64,000 nucleotides of DNA. It comes from Eledone cirrhosa. Its lineage: Eukaryota. Below, piece by piece: positions 1 through 13,865 of this stretch; within the stretch, counting starts at the first letter, position 1; each line of letters starts with the position of its first letter. The position numbers and the translations under genes were made by a program. Under the pieces are notes generated by a model, which was given only the letters and a program-made list of their open reading frames with translations, did not search any database and had not been told where the DNA came from. The DNA is taken from assembly GCA_964016885.1 (NCBI GenBank), contig OZ024758.1, positions 18,104,001 to 18,168,000 on the forward strand, in the 5' to 3' direction.

Positions 1-494
1 ATCATCTGTGCATGTCAACAGGAATCCAGTAAGATTAGTCTATCACACATCAAAAATTTTGCAGGACTGACTACACGTGGGTAGGCAGGCCAAAACAAGC
101 TATCCCACATTCACGGTGCTAGAATTAACAGCCGCTTATGCAGGATTAAGGATCAGCTCTTACAATAAAGGAGCTATACATTATATTATATTTTGAGAAT
201 AAACTCTCAGTCGTTTACAATAATTAAGCTCCAGGAAGGGGCTCTTCCGAGCAGTTAATACATTTAAAGTATATGATAAACAGGAAATGTGTTTACATTG
301 CAACAGACAAAGTTAGCTATTAATGAAATAAACTAATAAAAGTGAATACAATTTGTCTGTCTCGATACAAGTCAATAAAGACAAGGTTATATTGGCATCT
401 GTTGCAATGTAAACACATTTCGTGTTTATCATATACTTTAAATGTATATACATATATATGTATATATATGTATATATATGTATATGTATATATA

Positions 495-538
<44 letters not shown>

Positions 539-604
539 TATATATATTATATATATATATAATATATATATATATATATTATATATATATATATAATATA
601 TATA

Positions 605-671
<67 letters not shown>

Positions 672-797
672 AAGTTTTATTTAAATTGTTGGGTTACAAC
701 GAGTAAATATTTACAACTGATATAAAAGCACTCAACAAGTATTTGGAGTATATTTACGATATTAAATAAATGGAAACTATATTTATAAAACCATATT

Positions 798-863
798 TAT
801 TTCACTATATATATTTCAGGGATATCACATTAAAAATATGGTATGCCTTCTTCAGACAAAATA
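798..863 (-). ncRNA. Type I minimal hammerhead ribozyme motif (left-arm copy)
   Basis: Reverse complement of the motif at 2221-2286. Confidence 0.65.
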
Positions 864-1128
864 CAATATAAACAGTCTTATAAATAGATAGATTTGACAT
901 ACCTTTCAACTTCATCTTCCATTTAAAAAGTTGATTTGGTAGTGAAAAATGTTAGGGACAGTTATAAAAAGAAAGAAAGAAAAAAAGGAAAAAAGCGAAG
1001 AAAAAGAAGAAATGCATGCAACTAAATAGAGAGAGATAGATATAGAGAGATAGATAGAGAGAAGAAATTCATGTAAAGAAACAGAGAGAAATATATAGAG
1101 AGAGGAAAAAACACAGAGGGAGATAGAT

Positions 1129-1160
<32 letters not shown>

Positions 1161-1822
1161 AAAAATATAGATAGAGAGAAATAAAATAGGTAGTCGGGCA
1201 CCAGTTGAATGACGTATCAATGATATATTTATTTATTTATTTATTTAGTTCTAGTATTAAGGTAGAGAGAGATATATGTGGTTAGGAGAGAAAACAGCCG
1301 TTACATAGAGAGAAAAGAAAATATCCAGACATAAACGAGGCAGATTTAAAACATTATGTTTCATCAATGTAAAAATTAGGTATTATAATGTAAATATCAG
1401 TATTCATGAATGAGACACGTATCAATAATGTGTGAAAAATAATGATCATATGTCTAGTTTAAAATTCAGAGTTGAGATAAAACTGAGATAAAAAACTGAG
1501 ATAAAAAACTGAGATAAAAAAACTGAGATAAAAAACTTCAAAAAAAATTGAAATACATAAGTATATATGCACTTTCATGAAAAAAGAAAAAGAAAAAGAA
1601 AAAGAAAAAGAAAAAGAAATAGAAAAAGAAAAAGAAAAAGAAAAAGAAAAAGAAAAAGAAAATAGAAGGTTATCCCATTATTTATAATACCTAATTTTTA
1701 CATTGATGAAACATAATGTTTTAAATCTGCCTCGTTTATGTCTGGATATTTTCTTTTCTCTCTATGTAACGGCTGTTTTCTCTCCTAACCACATATATCT
1801 CTCTCTACCTTAATACTAGAAC

Positions 1823-1853
<31 letters not shown>

Positions 1854-1922
1854 ATATATCATTGATACGTCATTCAACTGGTGCCCAACTACCTATTTTA
1901 TTTCTCTCTATCTATATTTTTT

Positions 1923-1956
<34 letters not shown>

Positions 1957-2220
1957 ATCTATCTCCCTCTGTGTTTTTTCCTCTCTCTATATATTTCTCT
2001 CTGTTTCTTTACATGAATTTCTTCTCTCTATCTATCTCTCTATATCTATCTCTCTCTATTTAGTTGCATGCATTTCTTCTTTTTCTTCGCTTTTTTCTTT
2101 TTTTCTTTCTTTCTTTTTATAACTGTCCCTAACATTTTTCACTACCAAATCAACTTTTTAAATGGAAGATGAAGTTGAAAGGTATGTCAAATCTATCTAT
2201 TTATAAGACTGTTTATATTG

Positions 2221-2286
2221 TATTTTGTCTGAAGAAGGCATACCATATTTTTAATGTGATATCCCTGAAATATATATAGTGAAATA
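2221..2286 (+). ncRNA. Type I minimal hammerhead ribozyme motif
   Basis: tattttgt-CTGAAGA-aggcata...tatccct-GAAA-tatatATA-gtgaaata: helix I (several G-U pairs), core, helix II, GAAA, palindromic helix III. Confidence 0.65.
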
Positions 2287-2326
2287 AATATGGTTTTATA
2301 AATATAGTTTCCATCTATTTAATATC

Positions 2327-2389
<63 letters not shown>

Positions 2390-2419
2390 TAAATATATAT
2401 ATTATAATAATAAATGCGA

Positions 2420-2461
<42 letters not shown>

Positions 2462-2639
2462 TACATATATATATACAGAGAAAGGGAGGGAGTGAGGGAG
2501 GTGGGAACGAGCTGAAGGAAGCAAACAGAAACATGCAGAGAGGCAAACAGTAATATACATAAATAGATGGTACGAGAGAAAGACAGAAAGGAAGAAAGAG
2601 AATCGTGGCTTTATATAAATATGAACAATGAATGGATAT

Positions 2640-3006
2640 ATGCAGGGTTCTTCACCCTTAGTGTATACTGATTAATGTTCAGAGCCACTCTCAGAATCCT
2701 CGTGTAGCACCCATCCACCATCTGAATGAGTTTCTTGGGCAGTGTCCAAGCCTCAGACCCGTACAGCAGCACAGACTGAGGTTAGCTGGACATGCTCACC
2801 GACATCCAGAGTTGACATTGCACTCAGTGCTCCTGTGGGATTCCCTACATGAACACACTGGAAGAGGAAGACCAAGGTTAACGTATGTTGTTGCCCTAAC
2901 GACATACACTGCTCTGTTGGAGGCGAAGGACATGGCCGCGATAATGAGGGACAAAGACCGCTGGAGAGAACTCGTCCATGGATCTCGGGAATTTTACCCA
3001 CCCTAG
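2640..3006 (+). mobile_element. RTE-clade LINE 3' fragment with 5' inversion (2640-2777 minus, 2778-3006 plus)
   Basis: Minus part reads SVLLYGSEAWTLPKKLIQMVDGCYTRILRVALNINQY; plus part reads LRLAGHAHRHPELTLHSVLLW...RGRPRLTYV...DRWRELV. Homologous to 55910-56297. Confidence 0.85.
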
Positions 3007-3279
3007 ATGCAGGGTCTAGCTGGATACATGAAGCAAAAATTAACCACAGGAGGAGAAACATAGGGGAAATAAAACATTCTTGAGGTAGAAAATGATTGAT
3101 CATTTTCTGAGGCACCATGTGAGGAATATTTAGTATAAATTATTATATAACCATGTTGGTGTAATATTATAACTTGGTATGTAATTAAGTACTGATATCA
3201 TTTTGTGACACCCACATCATATAACACCACCCTAATACTGTAAGTTTGTCGTATTGTATTGGTATCAAAAGCATCTAGC

Positions 3280-3431
3280 CGTCACTGTAAAGTGGTTGTG
3301 TAGGTATCACAATCACCTGACCCGACTTACCTCAAACTGAACAACCCGTCTAATCCACGCTAACGTGGAAAATATACATTAAATAGCAGTGGAAACGGCT
3401 CGAGCTCTGCCGTTGGGGTCTTGAACATTTT

Positions 3432-3464
<33 letters not shown>

Positions 3465-3730
3465 TCTCTGTAAAATTATGTTGTACCAAAGAATATCGAG
3501 TCCACACTGTAAAGTGGTCGTGTACGAAACACAGTAAAACACCTCCCAGTCCACACTGTAAATGTGGTTGGCGTTAGGAAGGGCATCCAGCCATAGAACA
3601 CCAGCCAAAAACAGTTCTATACGAGCGAGACACGGTCGTCCGACCAATCTTGTCCCAAGTGGGACAAACCCGTCTAACCCATGCTAGCATGGAAGATGGA
3701 CGTTAAACGATGATGATGATGATGATGATG
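3280..3730 (+). mobile_element. RTE-related 3' tail / SINE-like repeat ending in (GAT)n; further copies near 8910-9035, 16950-17143, 37715-37962, 44770-44947
   Basis: Recurrent cacactgtaaa...ggcgttaggaagggcatccagcc...ccgtctaacccatgctagcatggaagatggacgttaaacgatgatgat, also found as the tail of the RTE at 16145-17143. Confidence 0.7.
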
Positions 3731-5389
3731 GATAGGGGTGGGGAAAACATCGCATATTGAAATTACAGCTGACTGCTTGGGATTCCTAGTGACGAAATAG
3801 TGTAATCTTAAAAGAAGTGAATGACAATTATCAATAAAATGCGTGAATGAAATCGTGTGTTAAACTATAAAAACATTTAGGGTTCTAGAAACAAGAGAGT
3901 TATATATGGTTAATGTAAGCGAAAATGCGATTTATGAAGATGCTTATATCAAACCTGCTAAGCTCTAAAAATCAAAACTGGTAGTACCGTGAAAAAAAGG
4001 GCCCCAAAACGGAGAAGAATAAGGCAAAATAGAGATATTTTACCATAATGAAAGCTATAGCCATTTTCACAAGAAAAGACATCTCTCACTTACGCCAAAG
4101 TGAGTGAGAAGTCTCCACGTTTGATGGCACTAGTTGGCAGGACTGCTGATATGTGGAAGAGTATGTGTTAGAAAGGTGAATAAAAATGAAGATAGAAAGT
4201 GTGTGATAAACAGAGTAAAAGTGATGAAATGAGATAAAAACCGAACAAATTCCCTATCCTAATTATCTTCCTCCAAGCTTGTTTCTCAGCGTGCATATAA
4301 TGGTCATTTAGAATTTACTCATAAATGGTCGGGATATATCCAGTAGAATGAACAGCATACGAAAGAGGCATCCGATATTCACTTTTGGTGATGCATGAAA
4401 TATTTTCATTGAGATATCTATCAGTTTTAATGTCATTATCAACATATTTTATGATGCAATTTACATGAGTAAACAAGCAGACGGTTTCGTAAAACTGACA
4501 TTAATATATATTAATCTCTACACCTGATGCAGTCGATACTAGTTGGAAGCAAAAGTAGCTATATATACATATATATATATATGTCTATATTAATATGCAA
4601 AGATGATCAAATTTCTATCTATAAATATAATATGATATGGCTATCTTTTTCTGCCATTTGCGTCCAATTGTGATATGAATGCTTACACACACACACACTC
4701 ACACACACATACACATATATATATATATATATAATAAATAAAAAATAAAAATATCGTTCTACATGGCTGAATAGAATAAATGTAATCTGAGTTTTTAGAA
4801 TATCAATAATAATATTCGACTCGTTTGCAATTATGCAAACACACTCTTTTTAAAGCCATATCAGTAGAATGAGCCCCTCATTCTTGCTCTTGTATTGGCT
4901 GCCAACAAGGATGAAAAGCAAAGCTAACTTCAGCGTGATTATAACTCAGAATGTAAAAGGCCATAACTCTCTGGTACAAAACATGGTGTTCGACGCTCTA
5001 CCGATAATGCCAACCCACCACCATATATATAACAGTATAATAAAAATAATTGCGCCAATTCTGAATATTAACACTAGGGTTGTAGAATAACGACAGGCAT
5101 ACTAAATACAAATACAGTAAATTCACAAGAACGTTTTTCAACTCATTGTATTACTATAGAATATGGTTACCTGTAGGATTTACCACCGGCCATATTCTTG
5201 AATATGATCTATGGCACTTTAGTATATATTTTCACTTAATTTCTCTAGGGATTACTCTAATTCTTACGCACAGAATAGTAGCTGATCGAATTAAAGCGAA
5301 ATATGGTTACTGATTTCATCGATTATCTGAATTCTTCCCTCAGAATATGTGGTATGCATATCAAATCGATATCATTCTGGTTCTTGTAG

Positions 5390-5770
5390 GACAACATGCT
5401 TCGTTACATAGAGTTATGGCGTTTTATGTTCTGAGTTCAAATACCTTCGAGTTTAGCTTTGCCTTTCATTCTTATGGGATCGATAAAATAAAATATTATT
5501 CACACACTGGGGTAGGTTTAATCCACCTTCCCCCTCTCTCCAAAAACTGCTGGCATTGTGCCTAAACCAGAAACCATTATAAACATCATCATTGGACCGT
5601 GGGTTGGCAGCATCGATAGAGGGTCGGACAGGTACAGTTACGTCCCTTTACGATCTGAGTCCAAATCCCGCCGAGGTTAACTTTGCCTTTCATCCTTACG
5701 GGGTCGATAAAATAAAGTACCAGTAATTTACTGGGTAATTACTAGCCTTGTCCCAATAGTAGAAACAATT
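5390..5770 (+). mobile_element. Two tRNA-derived SINE copies (dominant family of the window)
   Basis: Pol III B-box-like gagttcaaatccc followed by gcctttcatccttacggggtcgataaaataaagtaccag; more than 20 copies across the window. Confidence 0.85.
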
Positions 5771-5884
5771 TTTGTAAGGTCCGAATAATTCATGGGAACA
5801 TTCCTGCCCACAACATCAGTCGAATAAAAATAAAATGTTAATTAGTAAACGAGCACTCAAATAGATGTCTTTAAAACGATTAAT

Positions 5885-6345
5885 GCCAGGTCACTCTTGA
5901 ATGCTACTGGTAACATGTAACCCAGTACATCCTCTTGCATGTGCGGGTCATTGGCTACTAAACAGGCAACCCCACGAAGTTTACTTGGTGAGGAGGGTGC
6001 TTTTGGAAATCCTGCAGGACAAACAACACAATCTGACAAATGGCGGAAAAACTCATGAATCAACTGCCAAATCAATGGGTGGCAGTTGTTCCAGCTGCAC
6101 GGATCGAAAGACGGGTGTTGTGGTTCTGATAACGATGCGGCTTTGCAGATAATCAATACAAATTGACAATGGAAAGGCGCTCTCGCTCGAGTTAGAAGAG
6201 AACTATTGACATTCAGGAGAAGCAGCGATTGTATTCAGCAACCGAAACAAATTTGAAGTGCACCAAATCGAATGCTCCTAGGGGCAGCCCTGGTTCTTCT
6301 TATTTGTGAGTGTAAACTCCGCCAGATTAGATTAAATTAGATTTA
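5885..6345 (+). pseudogene. Decayed pogo/Tigger-like transposase fragment (CENP-B-type HTH region), copy A
   Basis: Clear inverted homolog of 24100-24585; protein similarity is inferred mainly from copy B; many stops. Confidence 0.45.
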
Positions 6346-7116
6346 AAACTATATATATATTGTGTTAAAAAATTCATAAAATCAATGCTTTCAATAAAAT
6401 CTTGCTGAAGATTTATGCAATAAAATTTATAAAAATTTGAATTGATCAGCGTTTAATTCAAATGCCGTCTCGCTCCAAATTCCATTTTACACTTTGAAAA
6501 CATGGTAATATTTACCTCCTGAAATACAATTAAAATCAGTACATAAATCGTCCCACATGGAGATAAGTAGAAATGAGAGGAAATAAATATCGGATTTAGC
6601 GTTCAATTGTCTAATAGATAGAGTAATGTTTCATTTTTATGTTCAAATATATTCACTTGTTTGAACTTCGTATTTCAATATTGTTTATTAAAACGTTGAC
6701 ATTGATGTATGTAAAGTAAGAAAATGCTGGAAGACATTAGAAAGCACATCTATTGTTATCATACAATAGTATTTTCATAGATTGAATTTTAACTATATTT
6801 CAAAAGGGACATTCGCTGTATTCTCATATTTTTGTAAATGAAAAAAAAAAAAAAAAGTTTATAAAATTATTTATTTTATATAAAACATTATTTTAGATAT
6901 AAAAAAAAAACATTGTAAGCATATGAACTTAAATGATGATTATTTCCATAAAATATTATAATAAATCACAGCTTTTCATTCTCAATTAATTTGTTGTTTA
7001 TTCTTTTATATCCATCACTTTCTTCAATGCCAGTTTTATCAATATATTTGACATTGAAATAAAGGTGCAATAGGTATGTTCATTTTAATGTTAATAATGT
7101 TTATTATTATTTGCGT

Positions 7117-7310
7117 AAAGGTGGTGAATTGGCAGTATCGGTAGAGGGTCGGACGCCATACTTTTACGCATAGAGTTACGGCACTTACCATTCTGAGTTC
7201 AAATCCCGCAGAGGTTAACTTTGCCTTTCATCCTTACGGAGTCGATAAACGTTAGTACCAGTAATGTACTGGGTAATTTTCTGGCCCTGTGCCAAAAGTA
7301 GAAACAATTA
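7117..7310 (+). mobile_element. Full-length tRNA-derived SINE
   Basis: A-box-like tggcagtatcggtagag, B-box gagttcaaatccc, conserved central domain, A/T-rich tail. Confidence 0.9.
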
Positions 7311-7399
7311 TTATTTGCTTAAATATTTCAAATGTTTATCTGTTTTGCATGTGAAGATATATTAACTTCAATATATTCTGTACTCGGTTTACAGTGCGA

Positions 7400-7755
7400 A
7401 TTGGGTGATTTTTGTCGTGACACCTACAGGAGCTCTCTACAGTGGGAGGGAGTGGGGCATACTGTCTATATGTTTCAGCTTCAGCTTGTATCCGTGGGAA
7501 GTCAGGTCTTCTGTATTGCTGCACAAAACCAGAGGTCTTTTGTCAGCATCTTTGAGAGGTGCAATTGAGCAAGGTCATCTTTTATCACCTCATCCCAGGT
7601 CTTCTTGAGTCTCCCTCACTCCAAGGTTTCCATCGACTTTTAGTGTTCTGCAAAATTATGCAGCTGTCATCCTTCATACGCATCACATATCCATACCAAC
7701 GCAACCTCCTCTCCTGCACGCAGCATTTGATTCCTCTTATGCTTCGTCTCTCTCT
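7400..7755 (-). mobile_element. RTE-clade LINE 3' fragment
   Basis: Minus strand reads ...IRGIKCCVQERRLRWYGYVMRMKDDSCI...KKTWDEVIKDDL; homologous to 16560-16830. Confidence 0.8.
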
Positions 7756-7785
7756 CTCAGTTTGTTTATAAATATATATATATAT

Positions 7786-8195
7786 ATTTTTTCTCTCTCG
7801 TCTACGATTTCACAGAACTTATGTTTACCGAATTCGCAGACCAGACCCCTTCTTCCTCCCGTTAGACCTGTGCGAAATTCCTTCCTTGCTCACATTTCAA
7901 CCAGGTTTGATGGTCTTTATTCTCTCGTTCACGATTTCACCGAACTTAAATTCATAGAAATCTGGGACTTGTCTCCTTTCCTCACTTTCTGTTGCCTCAC
8001 CATTTTGTTTGTTTACCCTCGAGTCCCCTTTATTTACGTGTCCCAACGACTTTTTTTAGCCGTTGCTCGCACCAACCGGAGGTATATGGTCTTTAAAGCG
8101 ATGAAATGCCTATGATAGTTGGAAGATCACTGATGAAGGACAAACGTTTTTCATATGTAAGCCATTTGCAACTCCGCAGCGCCCTTATTATCATA
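7786..8195 (+). mobile_element. ~400-bp (TA)n-flanked element with candidate HDV-like ribozyme near its 3' end (8081-8141); second copy at 27033-27425 minus
   Basis: Two diverged copies, both bounded by (TA)n; internal direct repeat tctctcgt..acgatttcac.gaactta; conserved pseudoknot-ordered pairings. Confidence 0.65.
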
Positions 8196-8468
8196 TATAT
8201 ATATATATATATATGTAGATAAATCTACCAAGAGTTTACGGTAGTGTCCAATCCGTATGAAGAACTCAATGTAATCCGGATATCATGGAAAGAAGAGATG
8301 CAATGAAAAATCACTTTCGGTGAAAGATAAACGGAATACAGAGTCAAGATAAAATATTAAAAAAATAATGAATAAAACAATGAAACAGTTCCTTATAATT
8401 GGTCAATTTGAACTCTGTTCCCAAACAGACCTGTAATTTTGAATTGTTGTTATTATCAATAAATATAT

Positions 8469-8623
8469 TTCATTATTTCTGAAGACGGCATATATATGTG
8501 TTTGGTATGTATATTTAATTTTGATAGTTTGTATAATTTTGTATAATTTTGTACATAGATATGTTGAATATGCATGCCAATTCTAACACATATATATCCT
8601 AGAAACGATCGTTAAATAATGAA
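8469..8623 (+). ncRNA. Type I hammerhead motif with long helix II
   Basis: ttcattattt-CTGAAGA-cggcatatatatgtg...cacatatatatccta-GAAAC-GATC-GTT-aaataatgaa; perfect 10-bp helix I; second copy at 62688-62827 minus. Confidence 0.75.
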
Positions 8624-8677
8624 CTTTTTTTGTTTAATATAAGGAACTGTTTCATTGTTTTATTCATTATTTTTTAA

Positions 8678-8739
<62 letters not shown>

Positions 8740-8774
8740 GGATGAGGTGATACATTTCCATTACGTTTATTGAC

Positions 8775-8862
8775 GTGTGACGCGCGTTTCAGGATTGATC
8801 AGCTCAAGTTTTGATCTGTTTGGATCGGGCCCGACTCTGGGGTCAAAGTCTCATCAGATTTC
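8775..8862 (-). ncRNA. Degenerate hammerhead motif
   Basis: CTGATGA...GAAAC-GCGC-GTC on the minus strand; helix I does not pair convincingly. Confidence 0.4.
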
Positions 8863-9729
8863 TGTGACCGTGATAACGGAATAATTTCTTAAATATAAAT
8901 ATATATATAGAAAACCTGCCAGATAGTCCTATACGAACAAGACACTGTCACGCAACCAATCATGCCTCAAGTGGGTCAATTCCCGTCTAACCCATCGTAG
9001 CGTGTATGATGACGACGATGATAACGATGATGATTTGAACAGATCAATTTTATTTATGTTTACGTAAATCTGAAAACGAAGGAATAGGATCTAACCAGAA
9101 CTGTGGTTACGGATATAAAATATCTTTAGAAACATTCTGAATATCAGTAAAATGTACATAATAGGTTTTTTTCCTGGAAATGATTCTGCAAGTTAAACTA
9201 GTAATATTGATCAATCTGATTGCAAAATCAGCAATTCCCGAACAATGTTCATTTCCATTTTTTGGCATCAGCTGTTGCTCAGGGCTTCATAGCATTATAT
9301 CTTGATAAAATGATACAGTGCACCTGTCCACATGCATCAGTTCTAAGGTCATAGAATTTTTCGAACAATAGCTATACTATTGGAAGTTAAAGCCAACCTT
9401 AGGCAGTTTAACTATTTCGAGTTGTATGTTGTCGGTAGGCTGACATCCTATATAAAAAAAGACGTAGAATGTTAAGAGTTCAATATCTAAACGTGAATGC
9501 ATAATTGAACAGGCGTAACACCAAAATTGATTATTGTTATCAAATCTCAGCAGCAAAATGAAAACCTTCGAGAAACTTCATTAGAATGAAAGAAGTTGAT
9601 ACAGGCGAGTATCCTGAATATGCATTAAATGTTCGTTGTAATATTCTTTAAACTGCGAACTGCACATTTTTTATGTATGTCATGCAATGATATATATATA
9701 TATTTATATATATATGTATTCATATATAT

Positions 9730-10805
<1,076 letters not shown>

Positions 10806-11211
10806 ATTGAAACAAAATGATGTTGAATGTGGTAAATGTATCGGATATTAGGTCTTTGTGAGATAAACAATGTAGGGATATAATCCAAAACTTGCTTGTT
10901 TTTTCTTATAATCGTTTCCATTTAAGATGAAGAAAATATCAATTTTTGCTGTGTAATGATTCAGATGCAAATTTATTCTGTAGATGCTAATCATATGTCA
11001 AGTGAGAATGGACAGGGTATTGTTGGATTTGACATTGTAGTGGCCATATTATGCTATTCATATGAAGGAATATTTGTGAAGTTTTCAAAAACCCCATTCA
11101 AACTTTGTTCAAGTTATGTACGATCGAATTACATATATTAATACATATATTAATACATATATGTAAATGGCGAAAGATGTATCTGCTCTGCGTGAGGTGA
11201 ACTGAGAGGGG

Positions 11212-11214
<3 letters not shown>

Positions 11215-11272
<58 letters not shown>

Positions 11273-11277
11273 AATAC

Positions 11278-11323
<46 letters not shown>

Positions 11324-11396
11324 ATATGTATGTATATTAATATATATATATATGTATGTATGTATATTAATATAGATATATATATTTGTATGTAAA

Positions 11397-11442
<46 letters not shown>

Positions 11443-11804
11443 TATTTTAATTTCACTGCCCCAACTTCTTATAATATGGAAAAAATATGTGTCTGTATGT
11501 ATATGTATATATATATATTTGAAGGCCATTTCTCTGTGTGTGGGTGTATGTATGTGTGTGTGTGTGAGTATGTGTGTGCATGTGGATGTATGTATTGTGT
11601 GTGCGTGTGTGTGTGTGTGTGTGTGTATGTATGTGGGTATCTGGATGTATGCGTATGTGTATATATATATATATATGCATGTGTGTGTGTGTGTGTGTGT
11701 ATATATATGTGTGTGTATGTGTGTATATATATGTGTGTGTGTGTGTGTGTGTATGTTTGTATGTGTGTATGTATATATATATGTGTGTGTGTATGTATGT
11801 GTGG

Positions 11805-11846
<42 letters not shown>

Positions 11847-11917
11847 GTGTATATATATATATGTGTGTGTGTGTGTGTATGTATGTGTGTATCTGGATGT
11901 ATGTGTATGTATATATA

Positions 11918-11974
<57 letters not shown>

Positions 11975-12043
11975 ATGTGTATATATATGTGTGTGTGTGT
12001 GTATGTGTGTATGTATATGTATGTGTGTGTGTATGTATGTGTG

Positions 12044-12088
<45 letters not shown>

Positions 12089-12130
12089 GTATATGTATGT
12101 ATGTGTGGATGAAGGTATGTGTGTATATAT
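11215..12130. repeat. Compound (TA)n/(TG)n microsatellite
   Basis: Directly visible. Confidence 0.95.
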
Positions 12131-12622
12131 AGGTGTAAGTGCACTAAATCCTTTTCTATCACGCTCCACTCTCCTACCCATCACAGGAAGATATATGTGT
12201 GTGTATATTGCTTCCACCCCCTCACTGACCAGCAGCTGGCGATTGCTAAATCTGACCTTTATAAAATAACCCACACCCCAAATAACTTCTCATTCACTAC
12301 CAGAAAGGGACACAGCAGTCAACCTGTTGTTGCTACCTAGATGAAAACTGCTATGAAATCCCACAATGAATTTTATACTTGAATTTTCAAGTCTCAAATT
12401 TTAACTCTTCGTATTATTAATTTTTCTTAATATTAATCAACATTTGAAAAGATGGCTTTTGCAGGCCCATCGAAACCGGTCATTTTTTATACCCTTTATT
12501 ATTTCCTTACCTTATAAAATTATGTTTTTTCACAAAAAAGTATTCTGTCTCTTATATATTCCATGTGCCATTACCAACCTCAATTTTCTCTATAACCTTC
12601 GTTTTGTGTAGAAAATTACACT

Positions 12623-12695
<73 letters not shown>

Positions 12696-12704
12696 TGTAT
12701 ATAC

Positions 12705-12734
<30 letters not shown>

Positions 12735-12739
<5 letters not shown>

Positions 12740-13022
12740 ATATATTGATACATGAAAACTATATTTATAGAACCAGATTTATTTTATTATACATATTTCA
12801 AGGGCAACCAAGTCAAAGTATGGTGCGCTTTCATCAGACAAAATACAGATTTGTTTTATAAATATATATTGACATACCCGGATGTCAATATTTAATTATA
12901 ACACAAATCTGTATTTTAGCTGATGAAAGCGCACTATAATTTGCCTTGGTTGCCCTTGAAAAATGTATAATAAAATAAATATTGTTTTATAAATATAATT
13001 TCCATTTATTAATATATTGTAT
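12735..13022. mobile_element. Fold-back element with a hammerhead motif in each arm (12780-12845 minus; 12912-12977 plus)
   Basis: tatttt(g/a)(t/g)-CTGATGA-aagcgca...tgccctt-GAAA-(t/a)atgtata-ataaaata in both orientations; near (TA)n on both sides. Confidence 0.8.
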
Positions 13023-13101
13023 ATGTACTCCACTAAACGGTTTATATCAGTTATAAAACATTTTAAAGCTTGTTGAATCCCAACAAATTAAATATAACCT
13101 C

Positions 13102-13226
<125 letters not shown>

Positions 13227-13242
13227 ATTAATATATATATAT

Positions 13243-13317
<75 letters not shown>

Positions 13318-13674
13318 TATACATACATATATATATATCTGTGTGTGTGTGTGAAATTATATTCAGATTGAAGAATATTATTTTGTAGGGTTTGCAACTA
13401 ATACATTATTGAACGCTATGATTGCTAATATAACCAATAACTTACAAAATAAAATTGAAATGTTTACATGAGATGAATATCTACCAATTATCTATATTTT
13501 GTTCCGGAGGAAGAGGTTGCACCTATAATATCTGCAGGCACATTGAAGAACATTGCAACATCGTCGCAAAAATCTAAATCTAAACTATAATAGAAGGAAG
13601 GTCTGCGGCACTTCGTACAGTTTATTCATTTTTTATCTCGTTAGTAAAATAAGTTTGATACTATGAATAAATAA

Positions 13675-13862
13675 TTGTTTCTAATGTTGGTACAAGGCCA
13701 GCAATTATCCAGTGCATTACTGGTACTTTATTTTTTCGACCCAATAAGGATGAAAGGCAAAGTTAACCTCGGCGGGATTTGAACTCAGAATGGCAAGGGC
13801 CGTAACTCTATGCGTCAAAGCATGGCGTCCGACCCTCTACAGATAGCGCCAATCCACTGCCC
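13675..13862 (-). mobile_element. Full-length tRNA-derived SINE
   Basis: Reverse complement of the 7117-7310 family. Confidence 0.9.
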
Positions 13863-13865
13863 TTT

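Larger units (their letters stand above)
756..2328. mobile_element. ~630-bp-arm inverted repeat (756-1388 / 1682-2328) of a Penelope-like terminal-repeat element between (TA)n tracts; spacer has CTGAGATAAAAAA and GAAAAA repeats
   Basis: Arms are near-identical reverse complements (ORF track also gives the same peptide at 912-1220 - and 1862-2122 +). Each arm carries a hammerhead motif. Same family recurs at 55155-55755 and 56515-56582. Confidence 0.8.

Noticed and set aside
7117-7210. tRNA genes at SINE heads
   Set aside because: A and B boxes are present but there is no cloverleaf, and they are always fused to the SINE body.
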